From: Lytechinus pictus
Lineage: Eukaryota
Direction of reading: 5' to 3'
Length of the DNA: 64,000 bases
Assembly (NCBI RefSeq): GCF_037042905.1
Contig: NC_087254.1
Span: 20,398,001 to 20,462,000, forward strand
Shown here: positions 21,169 through 32,804 of the stretch, one piece after another
Layout of the letters: each line of letters starts with the position of its first letter
Numbering within the stretch: position 1 is the first letter of the stretch
The notes under the pieces: model-generated
What the model saw: the letters and a program-made list of their open reading frames with translations, nothing else
Database searches by the model: none
What the model was told of the DNA's origin: nothing
Position numbers and translations under genes: made by a program

Positions 21169-22210
21169 TTCGAGAATTGTATGCTTCGAACTGCAAAATT
21201 TTGTTTTTCTATTGCTGCGATCAACTTAGCACACTCAGTGTCCATATTGGTACAGAGTTAACATAAGGTGTAATGGGGAACTAATGACACAACCAAACAT
21301 GCAATTGTGAATCCCGTGGCAAAGTGTATATTAAAAGTCTTCATTTTATGGAAAAATACTCCCAGAAAGATAAGAAAATTGACACGAAACAGTTAAGAAA
21401 CATAACGACTTTTAAATCATGGCCATTATTTGAAGAAAAGATGAAGATTTACTTGATTTTTAGGTCTGTTTTAGTAGGGTATCTCTATGCCGGAGTTACG
21501 GGGTCATAGTCACTCCAGCAAAGCATAGAGAGTCAATACTGCGTATGGACCTCTACTCTAGCGCCGTACCATGTGCTAATACTAATAACACACAAATGCA
21601 CACAACCATGCCAATAAAACTGTAAGCAAGTTTGACAGTGGACTCACGATTTTAATTTTTAAATTATTCTTTTTAACATCGGTGAGTTGACAAAATTGTA
21701 AGTAGATCTAGGTCTACGATCTACCGATTTTGCGTGAAATCAATTTAGTTTTGTACAGTGGTGTTTGAAATGTTGAGATCAATAAAACAGGTTTTAATAC
21801 ATGTACACAGCCAGGATAGCGGTGCAGCTATGTGTGCTAATAATACTACTACTAGTAGTAGTAGGTCTACTAGTAGTTGTAGTAGTAGTAGTAGAGTCAG
21901 TACTAGACAGAAATAACCGTCTGGTATGGGTCATTCTTTAATAAAACTGACATTTGTTGACATTCCCCATACACAGACAGTACCCCGTACGCCTCGCACC
22001 ACGGGGAGAGATTGAGCCGATTGTGACCCACTTTCTACCCCGAAACTTTTCTTAATTAGATCTAATTTTCTGATTTATAAATCAGATATAAAAAAATATG
22101 TATTTTTGTTTTCCTATGTACAGTTCTCAAAGTTTTATTACCTAGATCTATTTCCAAATGCGAAATTTACGGACTTACGTATAGGAGTTATCCATTTTTT
22201 ATCTCAGAAC

Positions 22211-22873
22211 TAGCCAGGCGGCTTCTAGAGAGTAAAAATCATTTACTAACGTAAGGTCACTCTCATGAAGCCAGGGCTTCCTTCATATACTTTTGTGTGT
22301 ACCACCAAAAAACCTGAAACTTTCGCCCCCGAGATTTCTACTTTCTTTCTAAAAGATCTAGCCCTAAATCATGTACATGGGATAAAACTTCATTTCCGAC
22401 ATTTCTACGCTCTCGTTGTTATTTTTTAACAAGAATTCATCAAAAAAATGAGAGAAATATTGTGTAAAGACGGAAGAGACTTGCCCGATGTTTACGCCGC
22501 CATCTTGTTTCCTATTGTTCTTCGCCAACGTTACAGACGCGTGCGTCGGGTAACGTTGGGGAAGAACAATTGAAAACAAGATGGCGGCGTAAACATCGGG
22601 CAAGTCTCTTCCGTCTTTACACAATATTTCTCTCATTTTTTTGATGAATTCTTTTTCAAAAATAACAACGAGAGCGTAGAAATGTCGGAAATGAAGTTTT
22701 ATCCCATGTACATGATTTAGGGCTAGATCTTTTAGAAAGAAAGTAGAAATCTCGGGGGCGAAAGTTTCAGGTTTTTTGGTGGTACACACAAAAGTATATG
22801 AAGGAAGCCCTGGCTTCATGAGAGTGACCTTACGTTAGTAAATGATTTTTACTCTCTAGAAGCCGCCTGGCTA
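22211..22873. mobile_element. Foldback (near-perfect 663-bp palindrome) MITE, hAT-type
   Basis: TAGCCAGGCGG... / ...CCGCCTGGCTA; arms almost perfectly complementary up to the centre near 22541; 8-bp TSD CTCAGAAC at 22203-22210 and 22874-22881. Confidence 0.92.
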
Positions 22874-24139
22874 CTCAGAACCAAGGAAACGGTACGTTCA
22901 TGCATTCGAACTGGTAATCTATGACATGACCCGGCCGATATATTTCCGGGTCAACCGACCAAAACAAGCCCAATGGCCAATCAGAGCACGTGTTGATATT
23001 GGGCTTATGAATATTCAAACTTCACCGGCTCATGCCGGGCTGACTCATACGTAGCTATTGGACGTTCGAAAAGAAAAAATGAATATTCATCTACTCAAAC
23101 CAAGATGGCTGACAACAAATCATGTTGACTACAAGTTCAACGAGTACAAGACTTTCTCGGATTAATCATTAATTTAGGATCTAAATGAGCAAGCTATCGT
23201 AAGTCAAAGTGGATGTTTCCGTGTTATTTTTAATTTTTATTAATATGCAGTGTAATATTGCAGCCAAAATGGATATATGAAGACGTAAAGAGTGAAAAAC
23301 TCGTTGCATATCTCATTCATCGCGGTCCGGCTCAACCGAACCATTCGTTCCCCACACTACTCCATAGCCGTACTTCAGTCTATGTATAGAGGCGGTCAGA
23401 GGAGCCAGATGCAATCTCAGCGGAACAACCGTCGATATCAGAGACTGCATGAAGCTTTCGGTCTAAGTCAGTACTAGGTCTAGTAGTACTAGTAGGCCTA
23501 GTACTACTACTACTGGTAGACTCTAGTACTAGTCTGTACTCTGTAGTCAGTAGGCATACGCGATCAGACAACCCGTCCCTACTAGTACTAAAAGTAATAG
23601 TAGAATCTAGTATTAATAGTACTAATAATTAGTAGTCTACTAGCGATTCAAGGGTAATTCATTAGAAATGACGTGCGTACGTATTAAAACACTTAAAATA
23701 AGATAGGGGGTGTATGAGAGACAAGAGCAAGTATAGTAATAGAATAAGAATAACCCCTTTAACGTTCACGAGTTGATGCGTTGGCAAATTTAGAAACTGG
23801 TCACGAATACTAACGGACGGGACTACATTAAATGGCACGTTGGCGACCAACGGATTACACCAGGCATGACTGGCAATGGCAGTTACTAGACTCTACTACT
23901 AGTACTAGATCTACGTTTTGGTGGGGAATTCTGGTAAAAGCCAATTATTGTATTTACCTGCAGTACACGGTGAAGAAAAGCTTGGTTCCAAGCTGAAACT
24001 TTTCCTGATATGATATTGATAATAATAAGCGGCGGAAATGTCGATCGTGGTCATGTCTCATGAGCAGTGAGGTGTAGATTATGCTGCATGCGCGCTGGCA
24101 TGCAATGCATGGTATATATACGGTGTAAAGTGCCGATAC

Positions 24140-24639
24140 GGTGCCGGCACGCACATGCGGAGTAGTAGTGCATACGGTGATACGGCACTGCACTGATCTG
24201 GAGTACGAGTGCGCGCCATTTGCCCAATAAATCAGATAAACATTGTTTATCGGCGATAAACAGTGTTTATCGCCGAAAAACACTGTTAATCGTCGAAAAA
24301 CACTGTTTATCGCCGATAAACAGTGTTTATCGCCGAAAAACACTGTTTATCGAGCGATAAACACTGTTTATCAACTGAAAAACACAGTTTCTCTTGATAA
24401 ACAGTGTTTATCGCCGATAAACACTGTTTATCGAGAGAAACTATGTTTATCGACTGAAAAACACAGTTTCTCTCGATAAACAGTGTTTATCGGCGATAAA
24501 TCGTGTTTATCAAGCGATAAACACTGTTTATCGAGAGAAACTATGTTTTTCGACTGATAAACACAGTTTCTCTCGATAAACAGTGTTTATCGGCGATAAA
24601 CAGTGTTTATCTGAATTATTGGTCAAACGGCGCGCCATA
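24140..24639 (-). repeat. Right terminal inverted repeat with ~19 palindromic ~20-bp units
   Basis: Units at ~24235-24611; inner pseudo-end GCGCGCCATTTGCCCAATAAATCAG from 24211; outer end ...CAAACGGCGCGCCATA at 24639. Confidence 0.9.
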
Positions 24640-25891
24640 GATGTCTAGCGTGGGGCTAATTCCCACGTTAAAAAATCGTGAAAGACAAGTATGCGAAAAA
24701 TGAAGTTCATTCCATGGCATCAGAATTTGTGTCCATATCAATAGAATCTAGTCCATGATAGCTATCATTCTTGCGTCGTAGGAAGTTACAAAATTATCTT
24801 GCTCTCGTGTTCAGGATTATATAGGTGGCTGCTAAGATCAAACAGCATATTTTTTACTGGAAGAAAAAAAGATGAAACAATTCTACCTGTTGTTACTTTG
24901 GAGATGACAGCCTAAAGAGGAATTTTTAGACATGCGATGCTTTCAAGATTGTATTGGAATACAGTATCCTAACGTTTATAGACCTAATAGATAAAAAAGG
25001 GAATGTTTGCGCTTGTGATACAACTTCCTTCACTCATGCACTTTGGAAAGGGAGTGGGTTTTATGTCCTCAAAGCGTTTGCGAAGGGAGAGTGCAACTAT
25101 TACGCAACGGAGTACATACTTAGACAAAGGGTCACTATTTAAGATTCGGGTTTGCTAAGTTTGAACATAGAGCTATAATAGCTTTTATGGTTTGAAAGTC
25201 ATTCTGCGACCATTACGACGGCCCAATGTATGTATATAAGGTTACTGTGACAAGTTCTTGAAATATTTTTTTTCTTCTAAAAATTGGCAAATGTAGGGGC
25301 AAGTAAACCTCAATCCCGTGCGGGGGAGGGCGTGCACTCAGGTATACGGGTAAGTGCTGTCCTTATGACCCCCCCTTCCACGCCTTGTCAGTTCCCAAGC
25401 ATATTATTTTCATCTTTTTCCAAATTTTTTACCAATCCGTTCTCCCCGTTCTTAGTCCCTCATATTTCAAGTGTCAGCTCTTGAAGACCCCTATTACATG
25501 TTAAATTCCAGCTCCCAAGCACCCAATTTTCAAAAGGGAATCTAGTTTTAAGCCCCCTCATTTCACAACAACTTTAGTTTTTAAGGGTATGGTTTCAGAA
25601 TTTGGGGCCACACATCCATATCCTTTCCATGTCCGAGCGCCCTTGCATGGACCTCAAGTAGGGCCTACAAGTTGATATTGATAAATAGACAAACGTCAGA
25701 AAGTATAGGCATACATATACTGATTAAATTTACTCAAAATGGGATATAAAGTGTTAACTTACAACATTTTGTTTTAAAGCTTTAAATTTCACGAAATCTA
25801 TATCACAAACAATAGCCTATATGAAAATGATGAACTCTATACTTCACTGTGTAAACAAAGTACCGTGGTTTTTAGAACGTATACAATATTA

Positions 25892-26018
25892 TAGGACCCC
25901 AGTGGAAATAAGCCTTTCGGCTTTCATGGGCTATCCTGTCAAGGTATTTTTCAATTTCATTGTAATCACCTGAGACATTCTTGACGAATAAAATCAATCA
26001 ATAAATCAATCAATCAAT
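25892..26018 (+). mobile_element. LINE/SINE 3' tail fragment (CR1/L2-like)
   Basis: Short stem-loop-like segment followed by AATAAA and (ATCA)n tail. Confidence 0.4.
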
Positions 26019-26439
26019 TAAGGACAAATAAAAATAAACTTCATTCAATTGAGATATTTGAGTGGACATATTTTATCTTCCTGTATATATACACGGCAAG
26101 AGAAAAAGACACCTCCGAGAAAAGATTGAAAGAAATCCTGAACCCCTTCCCTGATCTCTGATATTGTGAGGATCAAAAGATGACTGGCATGGGTCAGGCA
26201 ACAATACAGCGGCGTATAAGGCGTCTGGGGACAAACTTTGAAGTTACCCCCCCCCCCTTCCACCTCACTTTGTCGCTCTCGGCTGAGAGGTTACATACAG
26301 AACTATATAGCTTGCAGCATGCTAAAGCAGATCGAGACGAATAATAAGAAGTTCTAATCTGTGCCCTTAATGCCTATGATAAACTAGTTTCATGCATTAT
26401 ACATTTACATTAAAACGCGGGGAGGGGTGCATTCCTCTT

Positions 26440-26607
26440 CAGGGGCCGCGGAAGCGGGGGGGGGGGGGCGGGGGGACTTCACCCCCCTTTTCAAAACCGT
26501 GTACAAAACGTAAAAATTACCATATGATTGTGATTTTTTGCATGGTCAGCCCCCCAGTTTTTGCTCAGCCCCCCCCCCCCCCTTTGAAAACCGTTCCGCG
26601 GCCCCTG
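26440..26607. mobile_element. Short hAT-type MITE
   Basis: TIR CAGGGGCCGCGGAA / TTCCGCGGCCCCTG; flanking CTCTT duplicated (only 5 bp clear). Confidence 0.7.
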
Positions 26608-27377
26608 CTCTTAGCTGGCATTGGATTGTATTAAAAAGCCCAGATAAAATGCTGCCTATTTTTCAAGAGAGAGAAATCTCAGCTTTGTGTGAGCGCACAC
26701 GTTGTGTGAACTTGTGTCTGACACACACTCGGTATTATTATTTTTGTATGTGCAATTATAGGGCTATGGATACATTGAAAGTGAAGGCCAATTGATTGTA
26801 TATTAAAAAGAACATGTTTTTATAAATAGGTACCAATTAAGTTCAACCACTTATTATACATGTTGATTGGCAGAAAAGGACTGGAGCTAAACTGCCATCA
26901 CTGAAAAAAGAGTACATCAAAAATTATATGTGCATGCATGCGAGGATTTAGGGGTGTTCCACATTTAAAATGAAATCCATGTCATTTTTACAAAATTTTG
27001 CACAAAGTTACTTTAGCACATGAATATTATGCAAAGTATAATATGGGTATACATGTGCTTGATTTTTGTCTCACCTGCATATCAGAGTGAGACTTATAGG
27101 CGCCGCTTTTCCGACGGCGGCGGCGGCGTCAACACCAAATCTTAACCGAAGGTTAAGTTTTTGAAATGACAGCATAACTTAGAAAGTATATCGACCAAAT
27201 TCATGAAACTTTGACATAATATGGTTAATCAAGTATTACTAAACATCCTGCCTGAGTTTTAGGTCACATGATCAAGGTCAAGGGTCATTTAGGGTCAATA
27301 AACTTAGACCATGTTGGGGGAATCAGCATCAAAATCTTAACCTAAGGTTAAGTTTTTGAAATGTCATCATAACTTAA

Positions 27378-27976
27378 AGGGATGGTCCGGGCTGAAAATG
27401 TTTATATCTTTATAAAAAGAGTAAAATTCACAAAGCAAAATGCTGAAAATTTCATCAAAATCTGATAACAAATAGGGAAAATATTGAATTTTAAAGTTTA
27501 GCAATATTTTGTGAAAATTATGCACATCGTCATGAATATTCATTAGGTGGGCTGATGTCGCATCCCCACTTTCCCTTTTCTTATGTTATTACATGAAATC
27601 ATAAATGTTTCATTTTTTCATATAATATGTGTAAATGATGTGTCCCATTATGATGAAATAAGTTGCGGCAATAAATAACTAATGCACTTAATCAGTTGTC
27701 AATCCAATTGTTTTTAGTTCTTGGTAGAAAATTTATGAATAGACCTTATTTCATATTATAAAATACAAAAGAACAAGTGGGGATATGACATCATCAGGCA
27801 ACCTTATGAATATTCATAAAGACATGCCTAAAACTGTTTCAGCGGAATAATGCAAATCTTTAAAATTCAATAACTTCGTTATTTGTTATCCGATTTTGAT
27901 GAAATTTTTAACATTTTGCTCTGTGAATTTTACTCTATTTATTGAGATATAAATATCTCCAGCCTGGACCATCCCT
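27378..27976. mobile_element. TTAA-target (Kolobok-type) palindromic MITE inserted in the HINE
   Basis: TTAA-AGGGATGGTCCGGGCTG / CAGCCTGGACCATCCCT-TAA; inverted arms. Confidence 0.85.
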
Positions 27977-29552
27977 TAAAAAAAATGGTCCTAGTTCATG
28001 AAACTTGGCCACAAGGGAAATAAATATTACTAAACATCCTGCCTGAGTTTCAAGTCAAATGACCAAGGATAAAGGTCATTTATTGTTAATGAATTTTGGC
28101 CAAGTTGGGGGTATCTGTTGAATTACCATCATAACTTTAAAAGTTTATGAATCTGATTCATGAAACTTATAGATAAGAATAATCAAGTATATCACTAATC
28201 ATCCTGTGCGAGTTTCAGGTCACATGATTAAGGGCAAAGGTCATTTAAGGTCAATGAACTTTGGCCAAGTTGGGGGTATTTGTTGAATTACCATTATAAC
28301 TTTGATAGTTTATTGGTCTAGTTAAAAAAACCTGGACTTAAGAATAATCAAGTATAACTTAACATCCTGTGCGAGTTTCAGGTCATATGATCAAGGTCAA
28401 ATGTCATTTAAGGTCAATGAACTTTGGCCAAGTTGGGGGTATTTGTTGAATTACCGTCATAACTTGAAAAGTTTATGGATCTGATTCATGAAACTTAACA
28501 TAAGAGTAATCAAGTATCACTGATTTTGTTCAGGGGGAGGGGGTAGCTGGGTGGGAGTAAGCAATATATTTTTTTTCCTTTTTTCTTTTTTTCTTTCTAC
28601 TTTTTCTTTTCTTTCTTCCTTACTTTCCCTCTTTTGTATTTTCTTTTCTGTTCTCATGTTCCTCTCCCTATGACTCTCTCTCTTTTATTTGGTCCCCATG
28701 GAAGACCAGCCGCACATATAATTGATGCAGCTGAATATGGGTTATCCAACAGTATTTTGTCTTAAGTTTGATTTTAACTTCCTTAACATGTTTCAATCAT
28801 TAATTTTTCTTTTCTTTTTTAAATCAATGTTTAGAATTTATTTCATTATGTATGTATATGTTACTCCTCTTTACATGTGTATATATTGTCATGTATTTTT
28901 TTTATGACGGAAATAAAAACAAACAAACAAACTGAACATCCTATGCGAGTTTCAGGTCACATGACCAAGGTCAAAGGTCAGTGAACTTTGGCCATGTCGG
29001 GGGTATTTGTTGAACTACCATCATAACTCTGTAAGTGTATTGGTCTCGTTCATAAAACTTGGACATAAGAGTAATCAAGTATTACCGAACATCCTGTGCA
29101 AGTTTCAGTTCACATGACCAAGGTCAAAGGTCAATGAACTTTTGCCATGTTAGGGTTGTTGTTGAATAACCATCATATCTAGTTCATAAAACCTGGACAT
29201 AAGAGTAATCAAGTATCACAAGTAATCAAGTATCGACTTAAATAGTCAAATTTGACTGTAAAACCGTTAAAATGAACATCTCATGCGAGTTTCAGTTCAC
29301 ATGACCAAAGTCAAAGGTCATTTAAGGTCAACGAACTTTGGCCATTTTTGAGGTTAATACTATTGCTGTCATTATTTTCAAAGTTTATGGATATTGTTTA
29401 TAAAATGTGGATATAGGGTAATCAAGTACCACTGACAAGTCGAAGGTCAAATGTCATTTATTGTCAGTGAACATAGTATTGTATCATTATATGAATTGTG
29501 TTTTTTGTGAATAATTATTTTATAGTAGTTTTCAAAGTCAGCACTTCTGCTA

Positions 29553-29718
29553 CACTGTAAAAACTGAAGTGCTAATTTAGCACTTACAGTGCTTGTATAG
29601 TGACTGCACTACGAGTGCTGATTTTTAAGTTCAAATTTAAACTAGACAATCAGCACTCGTAGTGCAGTCACTATACAAGCACTGTAAGTGCTAAATTAGC
29701 ACTTCACTTTTTACAGTG
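29553..29718. mobile_element. CAC...GTG palindromic MITE (166 bp)
   Basis: Near-perfect hairpin; TA duplicated at both ends. Confidence 0.85.
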
Positions 29719-30229
29719 TATATTGAATCGCGTGATGCAGGTGAGACTGCCATGCAGAGGCGCTCCACTTGGTTACTACTGAACTTTGAAGTGCACCGAA
29801 TTGGAAGTTCTTGAGAATGATTCAAAAGAATTTGGCATTTTAAGAACCCATGACTGAGAACATTTTGTTGAGGTAAAACCTCGCAGTCAAAATCCATGTA
29901 AATGTCATCAAATTTGACAGTATAGTTCTGAATTGTATACTGACTTGAAGATGGAGAATTCATTCATATTGCTTCGGTTTCCCTTTTAAAGCCACCAGCA
30001 CCTTCATTTCTTTTTAATGGACAAAAGATGACAAACACGTAATCTAAAAAAGTTGACATTTCTATAACCAATATGAGAAGTACAATAATATTGTTGTAGG
30101 CCTACTTTATTCAAAATCCATGTCATTTCCACCAAAATTTGCAAGCCTGTATTTTTAGAGGAAGATGTATACTTAAGCGGCGTAGATATATTACGGTTTA
30201 TGTGCTTGTTTTCAAATTATCAGAACTCT

Positions 30230-31530
30230 TTTAATGTTAGAACTTCCAAAGATTGGAACATGCTTTCTAGTAATGTAATGAATAGCACATCTATCTCAAC
30301 TTTAAAAACTTACTTAAGACCCACTTCTTATTAAAAATTTCACAACCTTTCCTATCCACATTATATGCCGCACTTTTACTTTATACTTAGTCATATTTTA
30401 TTACGAACGATTTTGTCTCACAGTGACTCAGAAAGATTAAGTTGTCATATTAATTCATTATATTTTGTCATGTTATTCCTATGTCTGTTATTTCATTTTG
30501 CTCTTATAGTTACATATAAATCTTTAAATGTAATCATTGTCCTTTTAAATGATAATTCACATTATTTTATTTCGGCGATTGCCAAAACCTATGTTTTTTA
30601 TCTTGATGCTACTTATTGTAATTGTATTTCATTTGGGACTCAAACCCTTTTTGTTTCCCTTATTTTTACTTTGTATGTTTCACTTGTCTTAATAATACAA
30701 ATACAACTTGCAAGTGTGCTATTTTTAAAAGACACGCAAAAAAACCGCGCCAAGTACATAAGGCTTTGTATCGGGCTATGTGAGGAATAATCGTTCAATT
30801 TTAAACAGTGGATTGACTCGACGCCAACAATCGGAATAACGAATAACTCAAGCTCATTATGTTCTACAAAGACTATTGTTGAATTTGGTTCTAGTGTTCA
30901 CACATCATTGAGTGATCATTATCTCGTGTATGCTAGAATTCAAAGCAAAACACATTCTAATAGGGTAATCAAATTGCGTTCTAACGAACAGTTGAGATCT
31001 GATGATTTTCTTTAGAAAGTCCGGGATTCACCCTGGTCTGATCTTGAATTTATCTCTGACGTCAACATGTAGGCCCTATTGGAATAAATGGAAAGAAATT
31101 TGTGTTTCAACCATTATGGAAATAGCACCACTAAAACATTCACGAGTACGTGAAAAGACTTTCCCATGGATAACGCCAGATATAAAAAAAAATTAATGAG
31201 AAATCGAGATTCGGTGCATCAAATTGTTTTAAAGGGAATCAAATTCAAATTGAAGATCACGATGAAAGCCATACTTTGTGTATTATTTTGGAAGAATTAC
31301 AAAAAACTGCGTATGATGTCAACATCTGAATGGAAAAATCTAAAAGAAATTATTTCACTTCTAAAATTCGTGATTCTGCCATTAATGTTAAACAAATGTG
31401 GAAATGTGTAAAGGTCTTATTACCACAAAAACATTTACTTATTCCTAATATTTTTTAAATAGAAAATGTTTTCTGTCGTGATGACAAAATCATAAGTATA
31501 ACGCATTCAATGATTATTTCGTTGAATCTT
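30230..31530 (+). mobile_element. Degenerate CR1/L2-clade LINE fragments
   Basis: Frameshifted motifs SLSDHYLVYA (endonuclease end), FPWITPDIKK-LMRNRD and AFNDYFV (EN-RT linker); an FKNLLKTH-like ORF2 C-terminal remnant near 30300. Confidence 0.6.
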
Positions 31531-32729
31531 TCCACACTCGAATGGATTCGAACGCCTATGGATTATTTTCAGCTAATTAGCTTTATTACACTCCGATATG
31601 CAGTCATCGTGAAAAATCAGCTGATATCATATAGGCCTACCTATATAGCTGATATCACATAGCTGTTAATCAATTTCATTATGACGTCACTATGCGCATA
31701 GTGTAAAATATGCATGATCATGATGCCCATGCACAAACATAACTATGGAACGTCCTAAAAACTTAATCCACTCAGAAAACCCCTTAAACCAATATACGAG
31801 CATAAATTGTCGTCCTTGTACCTTTTTTTTCTATATCTTAAAACCAAAGCTGAGTTTTCATGGCTTTGAGAGTGCATTGCGATCTATGCTCCTCAACAAT
31901 CAAGCAATATATGACCCATGTTAACATCATAATATACTTATAATGCACATGAACGAAGCTTATTCCTATTTTATATTATCAAATTCAAAGTTTGACACTG
32001 ATGTTGATCTGTCATCCTCATGTTTTATGGCCGAAATTTGTTTTATAGGCCTATATACATTTTGAATTCTCTATATATTTCAAAATCAACTTAAAAATGT
32101 TGCTGAAATTTTGCCGTCTATAGCCATCCTCCCCCCTCAGGTACTACCAGGGTCCATGCCCCTATTATCTGGCACCCTGCACCCTGCGCAATTAAGCCAG
32201 TAAAACAGTACGGATATAAAATTAGACATTCAACGTGGAGCACTCCCTAATATGGAAATGCTATTTTCAACACTATACTACAAGGGAACACACAGCTTAC
32301 TTCAGCACAGTATGCAATAACCTTTGTGGAAATTTTTTGACCTATTCGAAACAGCGCAAAAACGCTGTGTGTCGAGTGTTTTAGGTATGACTGATTTTTG
32401 TACAACCGCATGCAGCTAGCAGTGTATGCGTACTTCATCCACACACAAAAATAATAATACCGAGTGTATGTCAGACACAACGTGTGCACTCACACAAAGC
32501 TGAGATTTCTGTCTCTTCAAAAATAGGCAGCATTTTATCTGGGGCTTTTTAATACTGTATCCAATGCCAGCTTGGACAGAGCTTTAAATCATATCTGTTC
32601 AGCCTTTGTTGTGGTTTTCTAGCCGTTCCCAGTGTTATAAGAAGAGATAAATTGAACCCGAGAAAATTGCCTGTTTTGAAACCTGTTTTTGTCAGTCGAA
32701 GAATTCTTCACTTCACTTCTGCTGCTGGG

Positions 32730-32804
32730 CTATATTATATATATATAGCAGCCGCGTTGCAGTTGAGCTTTGTCACCTCGGTATACATTTCCTGCGCGGT
32801 GAGT
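32730..32804 (+). promoter_or_regulatory. Possible promoter/first non-coding exon of the Myb/SANT gene
   Basis: TATA-like run at 32731-32747 and donor CGCG|GTGAGT at 32799. The Myb/SANT ATG exon begins with an acceptor, so an upstream exon is required. Confidence 0.35.

Larger units (their letters stand above)
3481..24639. mobile_element. Large (~21.2 kb including nested insertions) non-autonomous TIR DNA transposon, IS3EU-like termini
   Basis: Left end TATGGCGCGCCGTTTGACCAATAATTCAGATAAACA is the exact reverse complement of the right end ending at 24639. Inverted similarity continues to ~3798 and ~24140. GATGTC lies at 24640-24645 and at 3467-3472 (8 nt from the left end). No transposase ORF seen. 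Confidence 0.8.
27063..29773 (+). mobile_element. HINE/DINE-1-like (Helentron-associated) element with central ~120-130-bp tandem repeats, interrupted by later insertions
   Basis: T-run then subTIR GTCTCACCTGCAT (27068-27080), nearby partial IR GTGAGAC and (GGC)n. Many copies of a unit containing aggtcacatgaccaaggtcaaaggtc...gaactttggcca. 3' subTIR ATGCAGGTGAGAC (29735-29747) and a short tail. Confidence 0.75.

Noticed and set aside
22364-22819. 151-aa minus-strand ORF
   Set aside because: Lies wholly within a palindromic MITE and has no recognisable domain; a chance frame.
23465-23645. TACTAG/CTAG-rich patches (also 16405-16530, 21840-21905) as a coded signal
   Set aside because: Irregular low-complexity micro-duplications without a stable unit or boundaries.
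24235-24611. CRISPR-like array of palindromic repeats (also 3509-3687)
   Set aside because: Units are head-to-tail with only 1-4 nt between them, there are no unique spacers or cas genes, the context is eukaryotic, and they belong to paired TIRs.
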